This document shows positions 62,304 through 64,000 of a stretch of 64,000 bases of DNA, piece after piece. The notes below the pieces were generated by a model. The model saw only the letters and a program-made list of their open reading frames with translations, ran no database searches and had not been told where the DNA came from. This stretch comes from an uncultured Phycisphaerales bacterium (GTDB lineage Bacteria; Planctomycetota; Phycisphaerae; Tepidisphaerales; Tepidisphaeraceae). The first letter of the stretch is position 1; every line of letters starts with the position of its first letter. Where the stretch lies: contig CAVWLP010000002.1 in NCBI GenBank assembly GCA_963755915.1, positions 736,001 to 800,000 of the forward strand. The letters run 5' to 3'. The position numbers and the translations under genes are program-made.

Positions 62304-63541
62304 ATGGGAATGCAAATTCAAACGGCGGCGATCATCGGAGGTGGACCGGCGGGGGCGGCGCTGGGGTGTTTGCTGGCTAGGAAGGGGGTGGGGGTGGGGA
62401 TTTATCATACGGATAAGAGGCCGCCGCTGATTGTGGGGGAGTCGCTGCTGCCGGCGGTGGTGCCGATGCTGCGGGAGCTGGGGGTGGAGGAGGAGGTGAA
62501 GAAGTTCAGCGTGCATAAGCCGGGGGCGACGGTTTGTTTGAACCTGGAGGAATCGATCAAGGGCGATTTCCGGTATGCGGATGGAAAGCTGCCGAATTAT
62601 GCATACAACACGCCGAGGGATTTGTTCGACGAGACGATGCTGAAAGCCGCAGAGGAGGCGGGGGCGCGATTATTTCAGAAGGGGGCGAAGCTCCAGCGCG
62701 GCGTCGAGCCGGGAACGGTGCGGCTGAGCGACGAGACGCTGGCCGCGGCGGATGGGTTTTTTGGCGGCAAGCCCGATTTGATCGTGGATGCCAGCGGCCG
62801 GGTGGCGCGATCGCGCGAGCGCTGGATGTTGCGGAAAAGCGCGGCGGGCGAAACGACGTGGCGCTCTTCGCCCACCTGGATAAGTCAGTGATGACCGATC
62901 CGGGGAATGTCCACATCGACTATCTGACGAAAGGCTGGTCGTGGCGGATTCCGCTGCCGGGGAAATTTTCCGTCGGCGTTGTCATCAATCCGGCACACCT
63001 GGGGACATACGGCGATTCAATCGAAAAGCAATTCGATGTATTTATCAGGCAGGAACCTTCGCTGAAGTTTTATACCGAGGGCGCCACGCGACTGACGCCG
63101 GTGGTGAAATATCAGAATTATCAGCTTATATCGGACCGGATGTATGGGCCCGGCTGGGCGATGATCGGAGACGCGGCGGGGTTTATCGATCCGATCTTTT
63201 CGACCGGACTGTACCTGGGAATGAAAAGCGCGTTTGAGCTTGTGAAGGAACTGGACGGCGGCTCGATGGAAAGATACGAAGCGGGCCGGCATTGGGAACT
63301 TAAAATGTGGCAGCGGGTGATCGACAGTTGGTACAACGGAAAGCTCTTCAACCTCTGGCGGGCGGGGAAGAAGCATGAGAACAATTTGCTGGGAAGAAGA
63401 ATCGCGAAGCGCGTTCGCAGACGACTGATCCGCATCTTCACGGGGCAGGCCGTGGATGAAGTGTTTAATATGAAGGTGTTTGAGTATCTGACACTGGCGG
63501 GGACGGTGCTGCGGAATCCGCGGGATTTGGTGGTGGTTTAG
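62304..63541 (+). CDS. FAD-dependent halogenase-like oxidoreductase (frameshift near 62805)
   Basis: GGGPAG, GESLLP, HKPG, WSWRIP, GDAAGFIDPIFSTG. Confidence 0.82.
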
Positions 63542-64000
63542 GCTTTTTCTGCGTGCCAGCCGTAGGCGAGATATTTGTGCGTGAATGAGCCGTCGGCGTA
63601 GAGGTCGATGATGCCGTAGCCTTCAGGGGTCTGGAGGCGTGGTCCTTTCCATTTATCGCCGCAGACGGCGCCGTCGCAGATATAGGTGACGCCGTTGTAC
63701 TCGGCCCGGTCGAGGACATGGAGGTGGCCGGAGAGACATAATTTGACATTGGGATGGGCGCCGAAGAGAGCATCGAGCGACTTGAAATCGACGTGCATCC
63801 GGGTGCGGGGAATGAGGATGTCGGGGTCGATCTCGGTTTCGTGATCGAAATAGTTGGCGACGGAAATAATGGGAACGTGAGTGACGACGACAATGGGCGT
63901 GGCGGGCGGCGTGGAGGCGAGATCGAGCTTGAGCCAGTCGAGCTGATCGCCGACGATGCGGGAGGTGTATTCGCTGCCGGTTTTATCGAGATCGAATGAA
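63538..64000 (-). CDS. Calcineurin-like metallophosphoesterase (3' part, runs off window)
   Basis: CLSGHLH, YICDGAVCG, GYGIIDL. Confidence 0.75.
   Translation of the reverse strand, partial: SFDLDKTGSEYTSRIVGDQLDWLKLDLASTPPATPIVVVTHVPIISVANYFDHETEIDPDILIPRTRMHVDFKSLDALFGAHPNVKLCLSGHLHVLDRAEYNGVTYICDGAVCGDKWKGPRLQTPEGYGIIDLYADGSFTHKYLAYGWHAEKA

Noticed and set aside
1-64000. About 14 genes split by single-base frameshifts (e.g. 16515, 21335, 22510, 27655, 32150, 44845, 58190, 62805) as programmed frameshifting or mass pseudogenisation
   Set aside because: They hit housekeeping genes such as miaB, show no shared slippery motif or in-frame stops, and both halves look intact, so long-read indel errors are most likely; check with read polishing.

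Overview
GC-rich bacterial chromosomal window, most likely from a planctomycete of class Phycisphaerae (Tepidisphaerales-like). This taxonomy is inferred from CxxCGYDLR...CPECG membrane proteins, PEP-CTERM proteins with a dockerin-like domain, ECF sigma factors with C-terminal extensions, and the ribH-nusB-ftsY order. Coding content: two sugar ABC transporter blocks flanking two GT-C-like membrane proteins; an intact IS481-family element; ThuA; EF-G2; ribH-nusB-ftsY; two extended ECF sigma factors; four PEP-CTERM proteins; a VWA-ExbB-ExbD-ExbD-TPR operon without TonB; an orphan MNT antitoxin; a GH78 rhamnosidase; a glycosyltransferase cluster; rpiB with a TsaC/arginine-phosphatase fusion; a minimal T2SS/T4P-like operon containing an ECF sigma factor; miaB; modAB with a ModE box; a Tat-signal superoxide dismutase; and a flavin halogenase-like gene. 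About 14 genes carry single-base frameshifts, probably long-read errors. The most novel signal is non-coding. An element of about 600 bp occurs twice (1074-1685 and about 11164-11766). Each copy has two inverted arms of about 130 nt whose hairpins change sequence but keep pairing, and one copy splits a translationally coupled operon with a 13-bp flanking duplication. A nested hierarchy of palindromic repeats is also present (REP inside REP, with IS481 in the inner loop). No rRNA, tRNA or CRISPR array was recognised.
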